Source: Paraspadella gotoi (lineage: Eukaryota > Animalia > Chaetognatha). From it: 64,000 nucleotides of DNA. The stretch spans positions 12,701,039-12,765,038 of the forward strand of contig CM119271.1 in assembly GCA_051294375.1 (NCBI GenBank). Reading direction: 5' to 3'. The notes under the pieces are model-generated. The model did no database searches. It was given only the letters and a program-made list of their open reading frames with translations, and was not told the DNA's origin. Every line of letters starts with the position of its first letter. Within the stretch, counting starts at the first letter, position 1. The position numbers and the translations under genes are program-made. Shown here piece after piece: positions 1-14,025 of this stretch.

Positions 1-986
1 CTCAGCGCCGAGTTGGCCACGCCCAGGTGGTACAAGTTTTTCAGGGTCCACTCGTTGAGACAGGTGACGAGCTCTTCCACGGTCAACGATCGGAGATCCT
101 CGGCTGGAAGCGGACGATTGGGTCAATAATTAATTAATCGTTAATTAATTTTAATCGATCAAGTCTTTTCTACTGGTTACTTGATAATTATTAATTATTT
201 TTAATCGATAAAGTCTTTTCTACCCGTTCCTTGATAATTGTTAATTAATTTTAATCGATAAAGTCTTTTTTACCCGTTCCTTGATAATTGTTAATTAATT
301 TCAATCCATAAAGTCTTTTCTACCGGTTACTTGATAATTATTAATTAATTTTAATCAATAAAGTCTTTTCTACCGGTGAGTAGAACGACGTTGTGATGCT
401 TCAGGATTTCGAGTCCCCGAAGAGAGAGAACCGGCGAGTTTTTGACGACGACGTTTCTCAGTTTCGTTCGATGAGGATGAAAAAGTTGAAGGAGCGAATC
501 TGGACGAGCCAATTTGGAAGGTTCAATCGAAAAAAAAAAAGAATGAGCTTTTTGCGGACGCGATCGACGAACCTGTGAGTTTTCCGGAGACGCTCCATTG
601 TTCCAACAATTGATCAGCGATTCGACTGTGCAAAAAGACTTCGCCTGTAAAACAATGGGAAGGTCCATGCGAAATAATGATTGATGATGATGATTTGATT
701 TGATGCAATGATTTTTAATCAATATTTTCGAGCGATCGCCGAAAAATCATTCGATTGAGAGTCGTAAAGCGTGAATGAAAGAGACCGAGGTGATGATGAC
801 AAATATCACTTACTCATTAATAATTAGTAAATATTTATTATTTAGAATAATTAAATGCAGACCTTTGAACTCGCATTTACTGAGCGTGGGATCGTTGGGG
901 TCTTCCTTGACTTCGCAAACGGCGTCGACGTTTTCGCAGATGTAGGAGACGCACCGCTCTTGAAGTTTGTCCGGACTGTCGTACAT
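1..986 (-). CDS. ZYG11/ZER1-family CRL2 substrate receptor, 5' part (exons ~986-863, 644-574, ~505-376, <~105); continues beyond window start
   Basis: Spliced translation MYDSPDKLQERCVSYICENVDAVC...GEVFLHSRIADQLLEQWSVSGKLT DSLLQLFHPHRTKLRNVVVKNSPVLSLRGLEILKHH resembles the ZYG11/ZER1 N-terminus; GT-AG introns in phase. Confidence 0.75.
141..375. repeat. 50-bp minisatellite, ~5 copies, in ZYG11-like intron
   Basis: Unit ttaattaattttaatcgataaagtcttttctacccgttccttgataattg recurs at 141, 191, 241, 291, 341. Confidence 0.95.
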
Positions 987-1263
987 TTTTGTTCTTAGTT
1001 TAATCGTAATTTAAGAGGGGAAACGAACATGGCGAAAAACTCACTTTGTTAAAAATAAAAAAAAAAATAAAAAAAATAACAGACGCGGTAAAAAAAAGAC
1101 GAATCATAAATAGGGATGTAACGAAGGGCGATTTAAATATAACATAACTTGGGGGAAGTTGCTTTAGTCCTCAACTCCGCCCAATAAACGAAGGAACGGA
1201 AGAACAAACGAGGTAACGGACTGACGAATGTCAGTGACCAAGGAACTAAAGGAACTCACTCGA

Positions 1264-3295
1264 CTACTTCTTCCACGCGACCAAAGCGAAACACCGAGGC
1301 GACACGATGGGATCGAAGAGACGAATCAAACCCACGTCGGTCGTCCACTTCGACTCCAACAAATAAACGAATCTGTCCAAGAGGACGAGGCTTTCCACGA
1401 CGGGCGAGAGACAAGTTCGGAGTTGATGAAAGGCCAAGAGGCGATTGCGGAAGGGAAGGAATCCTTCCACGAAGGCTTCCAGTTCTTCGTCGGGCGGGAG
1501 GGTCGAGTCCAGAGTCTCGAGTCCCATCTTGAGGTAGTCTATGTCAGAGCGGCAACGCTTCGAGGCGTTCTTCAATAACTTCTTGCGTTGAGCGGGAAAA
1601 CCGTATTTGTCTGTGGGAGGAAAAAAAAAAGAAATTAAAAAATACGACTTGAAGTTACAAACAAAAAAACAATTGAAGAGAGCAAAGTATATCCTGTCAA
1701 ATCCTTTCCCTCTCACCTTGGATCAAAACGTCGAAAACTGCGCGGGAAAAGATCCGAGGATGTGGCCGACGCTTCGCCCGCCATATTCGATCCGGGGGCT
1801 GACTCGCCAACATCCGGGCGTTTTGACCCAAAACGAAGTCGCGACTTTTGAGAGCGTGGCTCATGGGGAAGTGAGGGGCGGACGAGGCGTTGGGGGAAGA
1901 AGGATCGAGAGTCAGAGGAAAATCGAAGGAGTCGGTTGTACGTTTCGGTCTGGCACAAGTTGAAAGGGATTTGATGAAATATATAATGAAATAATAATGA
2001 AATATGTATATAATTATATATATATTATTATTTTTTATGTTTTATACGTTGCATTATCTGTTTTGGATGTTTTCAAACTAAAACGAAACATCGGTGCAGC
2101 GGCAACGACCGACCCATGGAATTAAAATCCAAAAGTTCAGATGGGTCATTTGTGCCCGAGGCAAGTCATTCGCCTCCCAGCCCAAATGTCCGCGGTTCGA
2201 GCCAGGTGGCGGCCTCGCAATTATGTGGGACAGGGGGCGACAGCCGGAACCATAGCTGACTGCAACTAACCTTGTTAGCTTGTAATTACGCAACCCTCTC
2301 ACCCACCTTTCCTTCAACTTGTGATAACAACACCCGACGACGCAAAGACCCCGAATCCTCGGATGCCCTTCCACCAAACACTGCAAAGCGACGGACGAGA
2401 GGCCTCCGCATGCGTGGAGCGCTCCGATCACCGATCGCTTCGTCCCCGCCTTCTCGGAGATTTCGTCGAGGATGCGGGCGAGGTCGGCGGCGTCCTTAAC
2501 TTCCGCGCAAATCGATCGTCCGACGAGGTTCATTTCTTCTTCAGATTCTTCCTCGCTCTTTTCGATTTTCCCCACGAAATCTGGATTTTTGTCGATTCCG
2601 ACGACGACCGACCGACCAACGCTCTCCTCCAACGACTTCTCGACATCGAAGCGAACCCTTAGACGCTTCGTCAAGTGGCCCACGCCGCAACCGACGTCGA
2701 CGACGGCATCCGCAGAGGTGCGTCGCTTCAATCTCTCCACGCAGTCCGCCATCGCCGCCAGTTCGTGGGCCTTTTTGAAACTGAGGTCAGAGTCGAGTTG
2801 TCGTTGTTTTCCATCGGTTTTCGGTCGATTCGAGGTCTCGAACCCGGGATCTCCGATTCGAAAAACGGCGGCGTGCGACTCGATCAACGACGACGGACTT
2901 CGATCGCGAAGACTCGAGATGAACTTGAAAAGGTTGGGCGTCGGAGGCGACGACGCGGACGAGCCGCTCCGGGGATCGACGAGCATCTGGGTTAGAGAGA
3001 GAAAAGCCCCGCGCTCGGCCACGCCTTCCAACTCGTCCGTCAAGTCTTCGGGGATTCGTCTCCAGTGATCGCGGGTGAAGAAGTTGGCGGGACAGGCGTT
3101 CGCCAGCGGGAGAAGCGGAGAGAGGAAGTCGGCGAGATGATGGAGAATCTTCGTCGCCGACGAGAGTTTGATATGAGAAGATTCATCGTCGTCGTCGTTG
3201 TTGTTGTGATGAACGACGATGGACGAGACAGGAAAATCATTGGGGTTTTTAAGTTGGACGTGAAACAGACGACGAGACAAATGGCGATGGAACAT
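1264..3295 (-). CDS. METTL25: Methyltransferase-like 25 family protein (exons ~3295-2306, ~1958-1718, ~1609-1264)
   Basis: Motifs KKAHE, VVDVGCGVGHL (SAM binding), LHACGGL, VGCCYHKL and C-terminal ESLVLLDRFVYL...LFDPIVSPRCFALVAWKK; C-terminus closer to METTL25 than to RRNAD1/METTL25B. Confidence 0.8.
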
Positions 3296-4883
3296 TAACC
3301 ACTTTTTACGTTGACATTGAAAATGAAATTGACAATCTCCGTCACGTTTATTTCTGCAGAGAAATTAAAGAAGGGACAAGATTGCTACAAATTAAAATAA
3401 AGATCAAAAGCAAATAAACAAAGAATAGAAAATGCGATTTTTAAAAGTTAAGATGTTACGGATCCTTTTTTTTTAAACCTGAGTAACGCAGGAAACTGAG
3501 AAACAGTGAGCAACAGCGACAGTTAGACCTATCGAAATTTTTCTCTTCCATAATCCGAAAATGAAAAGTATACAGAATAAAAATATTTACTTTTTGAAAC
3601 AAGACATATTTGATCCATATTCGCTGTCACAATTTTTTTTTCCTGGACCGATTACAACACGCCCGAAAGAAAATCTCCCAGTCGAGACACACAAATAGTA
3701 TTTATGCTGCAAGAGACGCAACGTCTCTTTGGTATCACCCGATACTGTGGTCACCGTGTAAAATACCTCGTATAAAAATCTTTTCAAATATGTGAGTCTT
3801 AATTCTATGGAATCTATGGGTCAATTTCATCAAAATCGTAAATTTTTGGTGTTTTGGGTAAAGACACAATTTTTTTTCTTCCTGGGCAATTTATCTAACA
3901 CGACCGTGAAAAAATTCGGGGGTAAGATACCGTGCTTATCAAAAGAATAGATGATAACTTATCGTAACTAAACCTTGCAACTAATCCATTGTCTTAACGG
4001 TTAATTAAACATTAATTTATTCTTCAGCTAAAATATTCCGAAATTAAAGTAATAATACCGAGACAAATGATAGTAGTTACTTTTTATTTCAAATTTATAA
4101 ATTGCAATCTACTAAGTCTATAATGCTGTAAATTTGATTAATTAAAAATGTTGACTTATCTTTTGGCTGGGAATTAACAATCCTACCCATCGTTTTCTTT
4201 CGATAATCTAAGCTACAAAGCCTTTAGAGAATTCCGTTGAATCAAAATCCATAGTTAATATAGTAAATAGGGCTAAGAAAGAAAATAAGCTGGAAAATAT
4301 ATCAATAAAATACATGGCACAATTAGTGGTAAACACTAAAATAAAATAAAAAAACTTCAGTAAAATTAAACAAAAAGAATGTAAATGATTCTAGAATCTT
4401 TTAAAAGTTGGATGTTTAAACCGCAGAATATAATCATTAATCAGCAAATGAATCACTAAGGCTGTAGGCATAAAACAACAACTATCTTTGTTTTTAATAT
4501 CAATTACTAGAAAGAGAAATTTCCCTTCCGTTCTATTGAAATGTTTTAGGCATGATTAAAGATATCATCAACTTTTTTTTTTTTTTGATCATGCGTCGTT
4601 CAACTTCGTAAATATTCCATTTAAAAAAACCATCGTCTAAAAAGTTTGTTCTACGAAATCGCAATCGTAAAATCCGGGAAATGTATCACTTTTATTACGA
4701 AAACCTAAGTACAACCGTACCTTGAGCATCCGAACTTGAGCATAATACCTTCAAAATACCAAATACAGTAATCAAAAGCGGTGGAAATACAAAAACCCAA
4801 AAGAGAGAGAAGACCAGGGAAGTCGATCTGCAGTTCGAATCGTCACTTCATATTTGGTTTTTCATTATTCCATTCCACCCAAA

Positions 4884-4916
<33 letters not shown>

Positions 4917-4991
4917 AACGAGTGACCAAAAATTCGAAACAAAAAAAAAGTCGGTAATGTTTTTGAATTTGTTTTTCTTTCCATCCTCGGG

Positions 4992-7534
4992 TCAAAGAGA
5001 AGTCATGATAAACTCGGTTCCACCCACGTCTTTCCTCGCGAATTGATATCGCTGCAAAGTCCGCGTGAATTGTCCGTGATCCAATTGAAAGCTGTAACCG
5101 GAAAGCCTGAAAAAAAGGAGAAAGAAAGGGAATCGATTGGGCGGCACTCCCACCGGCCCACCCAGACCAAGGAGAGGGTTTCTCTAACCTGGCGCCGTAA
5201 AGGCTGGCGCCGACGGCGGAGGTGTCCTCCACCAAGACCAGAGAGACGACGACTCGCTCCACTTCCGGGACTTTGGCCGAGAGAATTCTGGACGAGGCGC
5301 TGGAGCCCAAGGCCTCCTCGAAGCCGGACTTCATGAAACGCCAAGCCTTCCAGACGGAGCCAACGCAGGCGACGCGTAAACCTTTCGAACTGAGAGGATT
5401 TAATTTGAAGGGATTTATTTAGATTTGACAGGATGTACAATTGTACATAGTACATTGTACATAGTAGATCAAAAGCGCTAACCCTGAAAATAACGCCGGG
5501 TCGGTCTTTGGCAGAATGGCGAGGACGTGCCTGGCAAGCATGACGCCTGATATATAATATTAATTGAGTTATATTAAATTAAAATAAACTTTTTAATCAA
5601 ACGACGGAATCGTTAAGGCAGACGTCGGATTCACCCGCTTGATGAAAGACGGAGAGGCAGAGGGGGTCACCGACTTGCCCGCCGGATTGACCGCCGGATT
5701 GACCGCCGGATTGACCGCTAGCGTCGCCTGCGTCGCCACTCGGTTTCCGGCCTTGAATCCCGTTGTCTTGCGACGGGAGACAAGCGGAGGTGAGGACGCG
5801 ACAAAAGGACGCGATGGATTCCTGTAAGAAGAAAAAGGGGAAAAGGTCAATTTAATAAGTTGATAGATAAATGAGATAAATACTTACCTTTTTAAACTCG
5901 GTCCCGTACAACTGCTTGAGTATGTCTTCCTTTCTGGCGAGGTCGAAGTGCTTGAGGAAGAGACCCTTGGCGACGGCGTTGTCGACGCCCGACGCCTCGA
6001 GTCCGTCCTCTATGGCGAAGATGCGCCGAATCGCCTGTTGCGCGATCCAGAAGGCGCCGCCCTCGTCGCCGATCAGGTGGCCCCAGCCTGGGGGGGGGGA
6101 TATCAGGGGTTATTTTCGACCATAAAATCCGAAACGTAAGTTTTTAAAGCGGAGTAATTTATACTCGATTTCAAATGAAATTAAGTCGAAAACTGATTTA
6201 CATATTGTAGTATTTTTATGAAGTTATTATTTTTTGTTTTCTCTTATTTTAGCTTGACAACATGACATAATTTTGGTGAAATTAGCTATATCTAATATCT
6301 ACAAAATGAAGTTAATTCCAAGTCCATGTAAACCTCACATTAGAAATAATATCGACTCTCACTTTCCCACCCAAACTCATCTCTCTCACCGCCGCATCGA
6401 TGACGATCTCCGCCGGGATTCAAGAGCTCGCAATTGGATCCCGTCCCCGCGATGAGGACGACGCCGCCGTTCGGCGCCGCTGTATAGAGCGCGCCTGATT
6501 TGAAGGTGAGGGGTCTGAGAGCCAAGGACAAACCCAAGTAATCAAGTCAGCAATCGCATGGTCCCTCTCGGCATCGCTCCTTTGACTTCGGTCTGCTCGA
6601 AATCGATCTCTCGTCTCCTCTCTCTCTCTCTCTCTCACCTTCGCTATCTTTCTTTCTTTGCTCTCTCTCTAACACTTTCGACATCGATCTCAATATCACT
6701 GTCGCCATAACTTTCTCTAAATCGTTCTCTCATCATTTTTTCTCTCGCCATCTCTTTCCCTCACTCCCTCTCATTTCGACTGACCTAACGTATCCTCGCA
6801 CATGGCGATCGGCGCCGCGCATTCCTTGGGATAGATGTCGCTGAATCTCTTGAGATATGCGTCGTCGTCCGCGGGGTTGATGCCGCCGCCGCTGAGCGCC
6901 AGGCCGAGGCTCGCCACCGGCGCGGCGTGGTCCAACCCGGCGACGCGTTTGGCGTCAGTGAGAAGCGAATGGATTCGCTCGATGCTGCTTTCGACGCCCA
7001 TGGAGTAAGGGTTGCTGCCTTCGCCGTTCGCGCGCGACACCTGTGGGAGAATAACTCTCATTTTTTAAATTTTAATACCTGCAGTATTAATTTCATGTTC
7101 ATTGTACTTTGATCCCCATTAAAGACGAGAACGATATTTTCCCCGATTTAATACTTATGGGAAAGGTCCTTTTATTCAATTGAAATACACAGGAAGTTAA
7201 TTAACTACACGGTGAAAGAGTCTTGATTGAAAGCTTCGAGCATTTCGCCTAATTATTATCTTGTGAGTGGGATAAAGGCTTTAAAGTTTAAACGACCATG
7301 CTAATAGTAATAATAAAAAGTACAACAAGATTCACGATTCATGATAGCTTATATATTAAACTGATACTGGATAGTCAATAAAAATTGGAATTATTTTTTC
7401 GATTGAACGAATTCCATTAACAATCTGACCTCTTTCCCTTTGCCATCGAGCAGAATTGCGACAGTGTTGGTTCCGCCTCCTTCGATTCCAGCGTGGATGT
7501 CGAGCGCCTCGCCGCAGACGCCGGTGCCGCTCAT
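4992..7534 (-). CDS. NAGK: N-acetyl-D-glucosamine kinase, multi-exon
   Basis: Exons encode [69 protein letters not shown]; stop TGA at 4992-4994. Confidence 0.92.
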
Positions 7535-8983
7535 GACGAACCGAGAGTTCACACACACACACAAACGAAACGCACGCACAAAATCACAGGCGGAATTTCT
7601 CAATCACCGAGTGAGACGAGAATCTCTCATCGGGACGAAACTTTTTTTTTTTCGCGCTCAATTTCTATTCGCCGCAAAAGTTGAGTCGTGACATCGACTA
7701 CGAATGAATTTGTAGACGAGACGTTGGGTATGTGACGATTGGCGAGTGACGTACGTCAACGGACGAGAGTCAAAAAACTATAAAAAAAATGACTAACTTT
7801 CGTTTCTAGTTTTTTACTAGGGTTCCATAAAAAGCTTCAGACAGTCCAGCGAATTTCTCGAAGTCGCGAGCGAAAACAAAACAAAAATTCGAAGAAGGAT
7901 TTTCTTAGGGAGGAAATTGTTGGGCGATCGAAGAGGAACACTGAAGACAACAACAACAACAGCAAGAAGCGAGGCGTGGAAACAAACTTTTTTTCTCTTT
8001 TTCTTTGGACGAATTGACGATTTACTTTTTTTTTTGGGGGGGGGTTGGGCTATAAGTTCCCTTTACTTTAGATTACAAGTTTTTTGGTTGATCGGTTGAC
8101 AAAACAGGTCGGCATTGACGAGTGAACATTTGTAGAGAAAAGAAAACTAAAGGAAGGCGTACCACCCAAAACTTAAGGTTATCACAGTCGCAAGAAATTC
8201 GGGGAATACAAAAAAAAAGAACGCAAACGAAGACGACGACGATGATGATGATGACTAGCGAAGTCTTTCTTCCCTTCCGATTTTCAATTGTTCAACGTTA
8301 AATCAGTTTGTAATAATAACTAATTTAAATAGTTTTTTTTCCTAGAAGTTCTAACGCGGGATTAAACGGTAATACGCTATGCGAGATATATTTTTATTGA
8401 TCTGTAGCAGAAAAAAAAAACTAGAACATGTAAAAGGAACGAGCGATAAAACTCATTAATCAATTCTTGAAGCAGCAATAAAATAATTGCAATTTGAACG
8501 TCTACTAAAGAAGTAATAATTTGTTTGTTTTTTTTTTTTTTGAAAAAGAAAAATAACGGATGAAAAAAAAAAAAAGATTTAACGTCTTGAAACGAAAAAA
8601 AAAGTTGAAATTCGATTTTTTTCGGGATCGAGCGAACGAGACTCCGGTTAACTTCAGGAAATGATAAGTCGCGACCGGCGACTTGGGGCAAGACTAATTT
8701 TTTTGCGGGTTTCAAATTTCAGCGATTACAATAACAAAGTCTACAAATTATTCAAGTTTTACTAGGTTATAGAATAGAAACTTCAAGTTAAATTTCGTCT
8801 CGATCCCTCAATTCAAAAACGCATATTCAATTCTGGAAAAAAAATTAAAAGGGACGAAATCCAAGTTTCTTCTTCTCTCCTTCAATTGTCCGTCGAACCC
8901 TCCTCCACCCCCAGCCCGACCCCCCCAAACCCCCGTCAAACAGTCCAACGAATCCTTCCCTCCCTCGGCCCACGAACAAAGTT

Positions 8984-11508
8984 TCACTGCTGCTGATATC
9001 CTCCGTAGTTTCCGTACGATCCGTATCCGTATCCGCCGTAGCCCTGACCCCATTGGCCCTGACCCCACTGGCCCCATTGGCCCTGACTTTGACCCCAGGC
9101 CGCCGCCGCCGCCGCGGTGGCGTCCCACTGGGAGGCCGAAGTGGTGGGCGGGGCGGCGGCAGCCGCGGGCGTAGCGCCGTTAGATGCTGCTGCTGCGGCG
9201 GCTGCGGCGGCGACTGGGGCGGAGGCGGAGGAGGAAGAGGAGCGCTCGCGATGTTTCTTCGAATCGTCCCTGGAAAGTAATGATAATGTAAACTGATATA
9301 TCGTAAACTGCTATAATATGTAAATTAGATTTAGGAATTCGATCTTATTTGAAACGAATCACGAATTTCTCCTCAAAACACAGAGAGACGAAGATAATTC
9401 ATTTACATAAAATCTTCTGTAATTTATCAATAAAACAAATAAAAATAAAAAAAAGTTTCAACCTGTCGTCGGATCCTCGCTTCTTCGCCAAATTGGCGAC
9501 TAGGTTCTGATGCTCCTCGTGCATATGAAGAAGAGTCTCGATCTTTCCGCCTTGCTCCTCCAGGTATTCGAGCCGCCGCTGAAGAGGAGTTGGAGGAAGA
9601 GTTGGGGGGGGAAGTGGTTGAAGAGGATTTGGGGGGGGAAGTGGTTGAAGGAAGAGTTGAAGAGTCAAGATCAAAGCTTTCACTTACATGAGAAAACTGC
9701 AACTTTCTGTTGTCGTCCTTCTCGTTCTTGACGAGCTGTTCGAAGATCTTGAGGACGCGGGATTCGTTGACGACCTCGTTGCGCAGCTCGACGTCGAGGA
9801 GCTGCATCTGCAGGCGGACGTTCTCTGCAAGAGAGAAGTGAAATAAAGTCAATCATTCGTTGAAAAAAATGTGGCTGCGGTTTTAAATTTTAGTCCAGTG
9901 TCCTATTTACACTGTCCCCTTTTTAAAGGGTCTTTTCCAGTCTCTGTCCTAGACTTCGTCTGTTATGATCTTTGTCCTTTAATCTTCTCCTCCTCGTTCC
10001 TCACCTTTGTCCTTTTTGATGGCGTCCCTCAAGACTTCCCTCGCTCGTTCGTAGTTGTTCTCTTTGGACAAAAATCGGGCGAATTTGACGGAGAAAAAAT
10101 TGAAGGCGTCCGTGGATTTGGCGGAATCCAGAAGACATTGTTCGAAGGTCTCGACAACTGAGGGTGTACGGGTATGTATTATGTAAGACGAAGAGATGAA
10201 ATCTTAAAAATATAGTATTTCAATCTCATTTACATATTGAAGTAATTAATTTTAACTTTAGTTTTTTTTACAGGGTTTGATAATAGATATCATTTGTAGG
10301 GCATGGAAAGAAATAATAAAAAAAAAAAAGAATAGCCGGGTAATTTTAGCAACGTCATTCGTCCGATTATGATTCGTTTCCGAGGTAATGTCTTTGTTTC
10401 GTTGGGTCTCCTTCGAAACCCAGACAAATACCCACCTTTGACTTTGTCTCCCTTTCGACGATGAAGGCCGATGAGTCGCGTGGAGATGAGAAGGAGATCG
10501 GGAAACGCGTTTTGGATATTGTTCAAGATGGACGCCGCTTGCGCCGTGTTGCCTGCAAATCATGCAACGTAAATCATTTACAGACTCACGAAACATTTGA
10601 TCTTTAAAACTCCGGCCCGCCGCCCGGGACCCGCGGACTCGCCTTGGCTTTCCTCGAAGGCGGCCCACTCCATGTGGATGGTGGGTTTCCTCTGCAAGTG
10701 AATCCCGCACGCGCGTTGGTAGACGGACCGCGCGGCCTCGTCGCTGTGTTTTTTGAGGTAACCGATGTACCTGGGAAAGGGTGAAATTGTATCAATAAAA
10801 AATAATAATAAAAAAAAAAACAAGATTAATAATAAATAATATTAACAATTCCTGGCCGAAACTGACTTTTGCCAATACTCTTCGTAGAGTGCGCAGGCGA
10901 TGACGCAACGTTCGAAGAGGACGACGCTTCGTTCGAATCCTCCGTTGTCCACCTCGAAGTCCAGATATTCCTTCCAGTTCTTCAGCTGCGCCTTCTCGAG
11001 AGGCTTGACGTGGAAGTAGGGCCGCTTGATGCCCTCCTCGAAGGCCCAGCGTTTGGAGACTTCCAGCTCCGTGTTTTTGTATAAGGATTCCTTGGGGGGG
11101 GGGGGGAGAAAAGATTTTTTTAGAAAAATTAACAGTTTTATTCAAAATCGTTGAGGTTATGAAATTAGATTATTGATGGGATGGTTAAACCCCGATACAG
11201 TATTCAAAAACAATAATCGGATTTGAAGATAATTTATATTTGAAAAATGTAGGACTTGACGAAGATGACGTCAATAAGAAACATAATTTAACCCCGCGAG
11301 AGATGTCCTGAAGTGAAGAGTAATAAACGTATTTTCGATGAAATAAGAGAAGAGAAAAATTTCCGACTCGACGTCAAACAAATAAAAAAAAACAAAAAAA
11401 CCACAAANNNNNNNNNNTTAACCCCGCGAGAGACGTCCTCAAGAGTAATAAACGTATTTTCGATGAAATAAGAGAATAAGAGAAAAATTTCCGACTTGAC
11501 GTCAAACA

Positions 11509-11552
<44 letters not shown>

Positions 11553-13991
11553 AAAACTAACGTATTGAGAGATGATCTTGTCCCGCGCTTTGGCCTTGTC
11601 CTCGGACGCGATGACGGTGGGATCGTTAGATTCTTCGCTCTTTTCCTCCGCCTCCTTGTCCTCCTTTTCCTTGTTGTCCTTGTCTTTGTCCTTCTCTTTC
11701 TCCTCTTCCTCCTTTTTCTGCTTCCTTCTCTTCCGATCGTTGATTCTCTTCGCGAGATCCGCGTAGTCGCTCTCGGTCAAGATGTCCTTCGGGTCGTTGG
11801 ATTGGACGAACGTCTTGAACCTTTTTTTTTTTTGGAGGGGGGGGGAACGATCATTATTGACCAATCGCTTCGATGATAGGAAAGCCAAGAACTCGGAAAG
11901 TTATTAAACTAGGCTGCGAGAAAGTTTTGCTTGTAAGCTTGCAGAATGCAGTCTTGCTATGTTATTATCTTACGAGAGGTTTGGAGGCCTAAACCCTTCA
12001 TAGCCTGTCCATGTCAATGTCCATGTCCAAAGTCAGGGTCAAGATAACTTGTTTATTAAATAAATGAATAACTTTTAATATTAATTGTACCAATTTCGTA
12101 TATATATAATTCCCCCCTCACTTTTCAAAGTTTCCGCTGTACAACTGAGTAGGGATAGCAATGAGTCGCTTGTAGATGTTGAAGACGCTGGCCATGTGCT
12201 TCTTGCTCGTCTCCCAGTTGATGTAGTGATCCCAGAGCTTGTCCGAACGGAACTCCAGCCCGGCGCTGATGACCGCGCGTTCGTACAGCCTGCATAAGTG
12301 TGTATAATTAATTATTATTTATATAAAGAGCATTTAGTTTTAATATATTGATTTTCCTAATTAAACTCAAGTTTGCTATTGGAATCTCACTTGCGAATCT
12401 TGTCGTAGTCTTCCACATTTTTGCCGAATTGATCCACGTAAAAATTCAAGTAGTGAATCCAGAGATCGATGCTGAGCGGAATGGCTTCGACGCCGCGCTC
12501 GAACACCTGGCAGAACCGGCGAGTGGAGATCGAGTGGAAAAAGGGAGAGAGAGAGAGTGAGAGAGAGAAAAGAGAGAGAGAGAGAGGCGAGTCGGGGGGA
12601 AGAAAAAACAAGCAAAACTCAATTAGCCCAACAAAATGACCAGGTACGTCTAAAACGAGCGTCGATCTGAAAGAAAATTCGTTGTGGTTAAAAAAAATCA
12701 TGAAATGATGTACATTAATTCAAGAAAAAATTCAATTACCACTAGACATTGGGGACTACAGCGGCGGAGCCACAAGGCACAAGACGCGCTCCGATAATTT
12801 TGAACCCGTCGTCAAATGCGACTTTTTGCAGAGGGAAAGAGGGTGTGAAGATGATTTTTTTTTTGTGTGTTTGGGTGTGTGAGTGTGGCATTCATATCCT
12901 TTTTTTTTTTCAAGCCCCGTAAATATTTCAAACAATCGATCAACGGATTTCGCGAGACAGAGACGGACGTCGTCTCAAGATCGTCTTCAGCGACGCGAGT
13001 CGTCCCCCGGTCAAAACTGTCGATCTGAGATCCGGGTCCGAGTGTCGCGCCGCGATGGCGATTTACATTAAGCCTTATCAAATTTCAAAATATTTCAAAA
13101 CGACCCAATTTTCCTTACATGTCTTCCCTATTTTTTTTAGGTGGTAATTTTTTTATTTGGCTCTGATTTTCATCAGACATCATCATCTGTGGGGGAAGAA
13201 AAATCAGTTTGGTACTGTTTCGATTATATGAACGAAAATTTCACAAAAAAAAAAATCTCAAAACAAAATTTCAAGATTCCTACCACCGGAATTTTTTTTT
13301 TCTCTCTCGCGACCAGAACGAGAGAGACAGAGAGGACGCACTCTCTCTCTCTCTCTCGGCAACCACGCGGGGCGGCCCGCCCTTTCCCGAGAGGACGTCG
13401 AGGGGGGGAAGAAGTAAGGACGAAATCTGAGGGTGGCGTCCATTGTGGAATCACTAATGACGTTTTTGTTTTGTTTTTTTTTGTTTTGGCAAAACGGGAG
13501 CGGAAAACGGGAACGAGAGAAAATTGGGGGGAAAAAAAGAAACAACAAGAAAGAAAGAAGCTGAGGTCAGGAAAACTCACCTTCTCGGCGACGATAGGAT
13601 TCTCGTGTTTTCGTTCCATATCTGCGGTATTTTTTCCAATAGCCATAACAAGTCGTTTTGTTCCACGTACTGAGAGGGAGAGGGAGAGAGAGAGAGAGAT
13701 GAGAGGAGGGGAAAGGAGAAGAACATGAAGAGAAAGAACGGGGAGGTAGGTTGGGGGAACGTTGGAAAGTTCAAATAAAGCCGCCATCATATTTATAATC
13801 TATATTATATATATTAATATAGATAAATATTTATTAAAAAAGGCGCCATCATATTTCAACAAAATACATTATTAGGGTCGCCTATTCCGAGAGATATCGC
13901 ATTCCTTTCTAATGTATTCTTTCCTTATTATCAACTGTTAACATTCCCTTTCCCTTTTTTCATTCTTTTCACAACTCATTTGATTATCGCT

Positions 13992-14025
<34 letters not shown>

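Noticed and set aside
141-375. CRISPR-like regular repeats (also 48642-48959, 58758-58858)
   Set aside because: No unique spacers, eukaryotic context and no cas genes.
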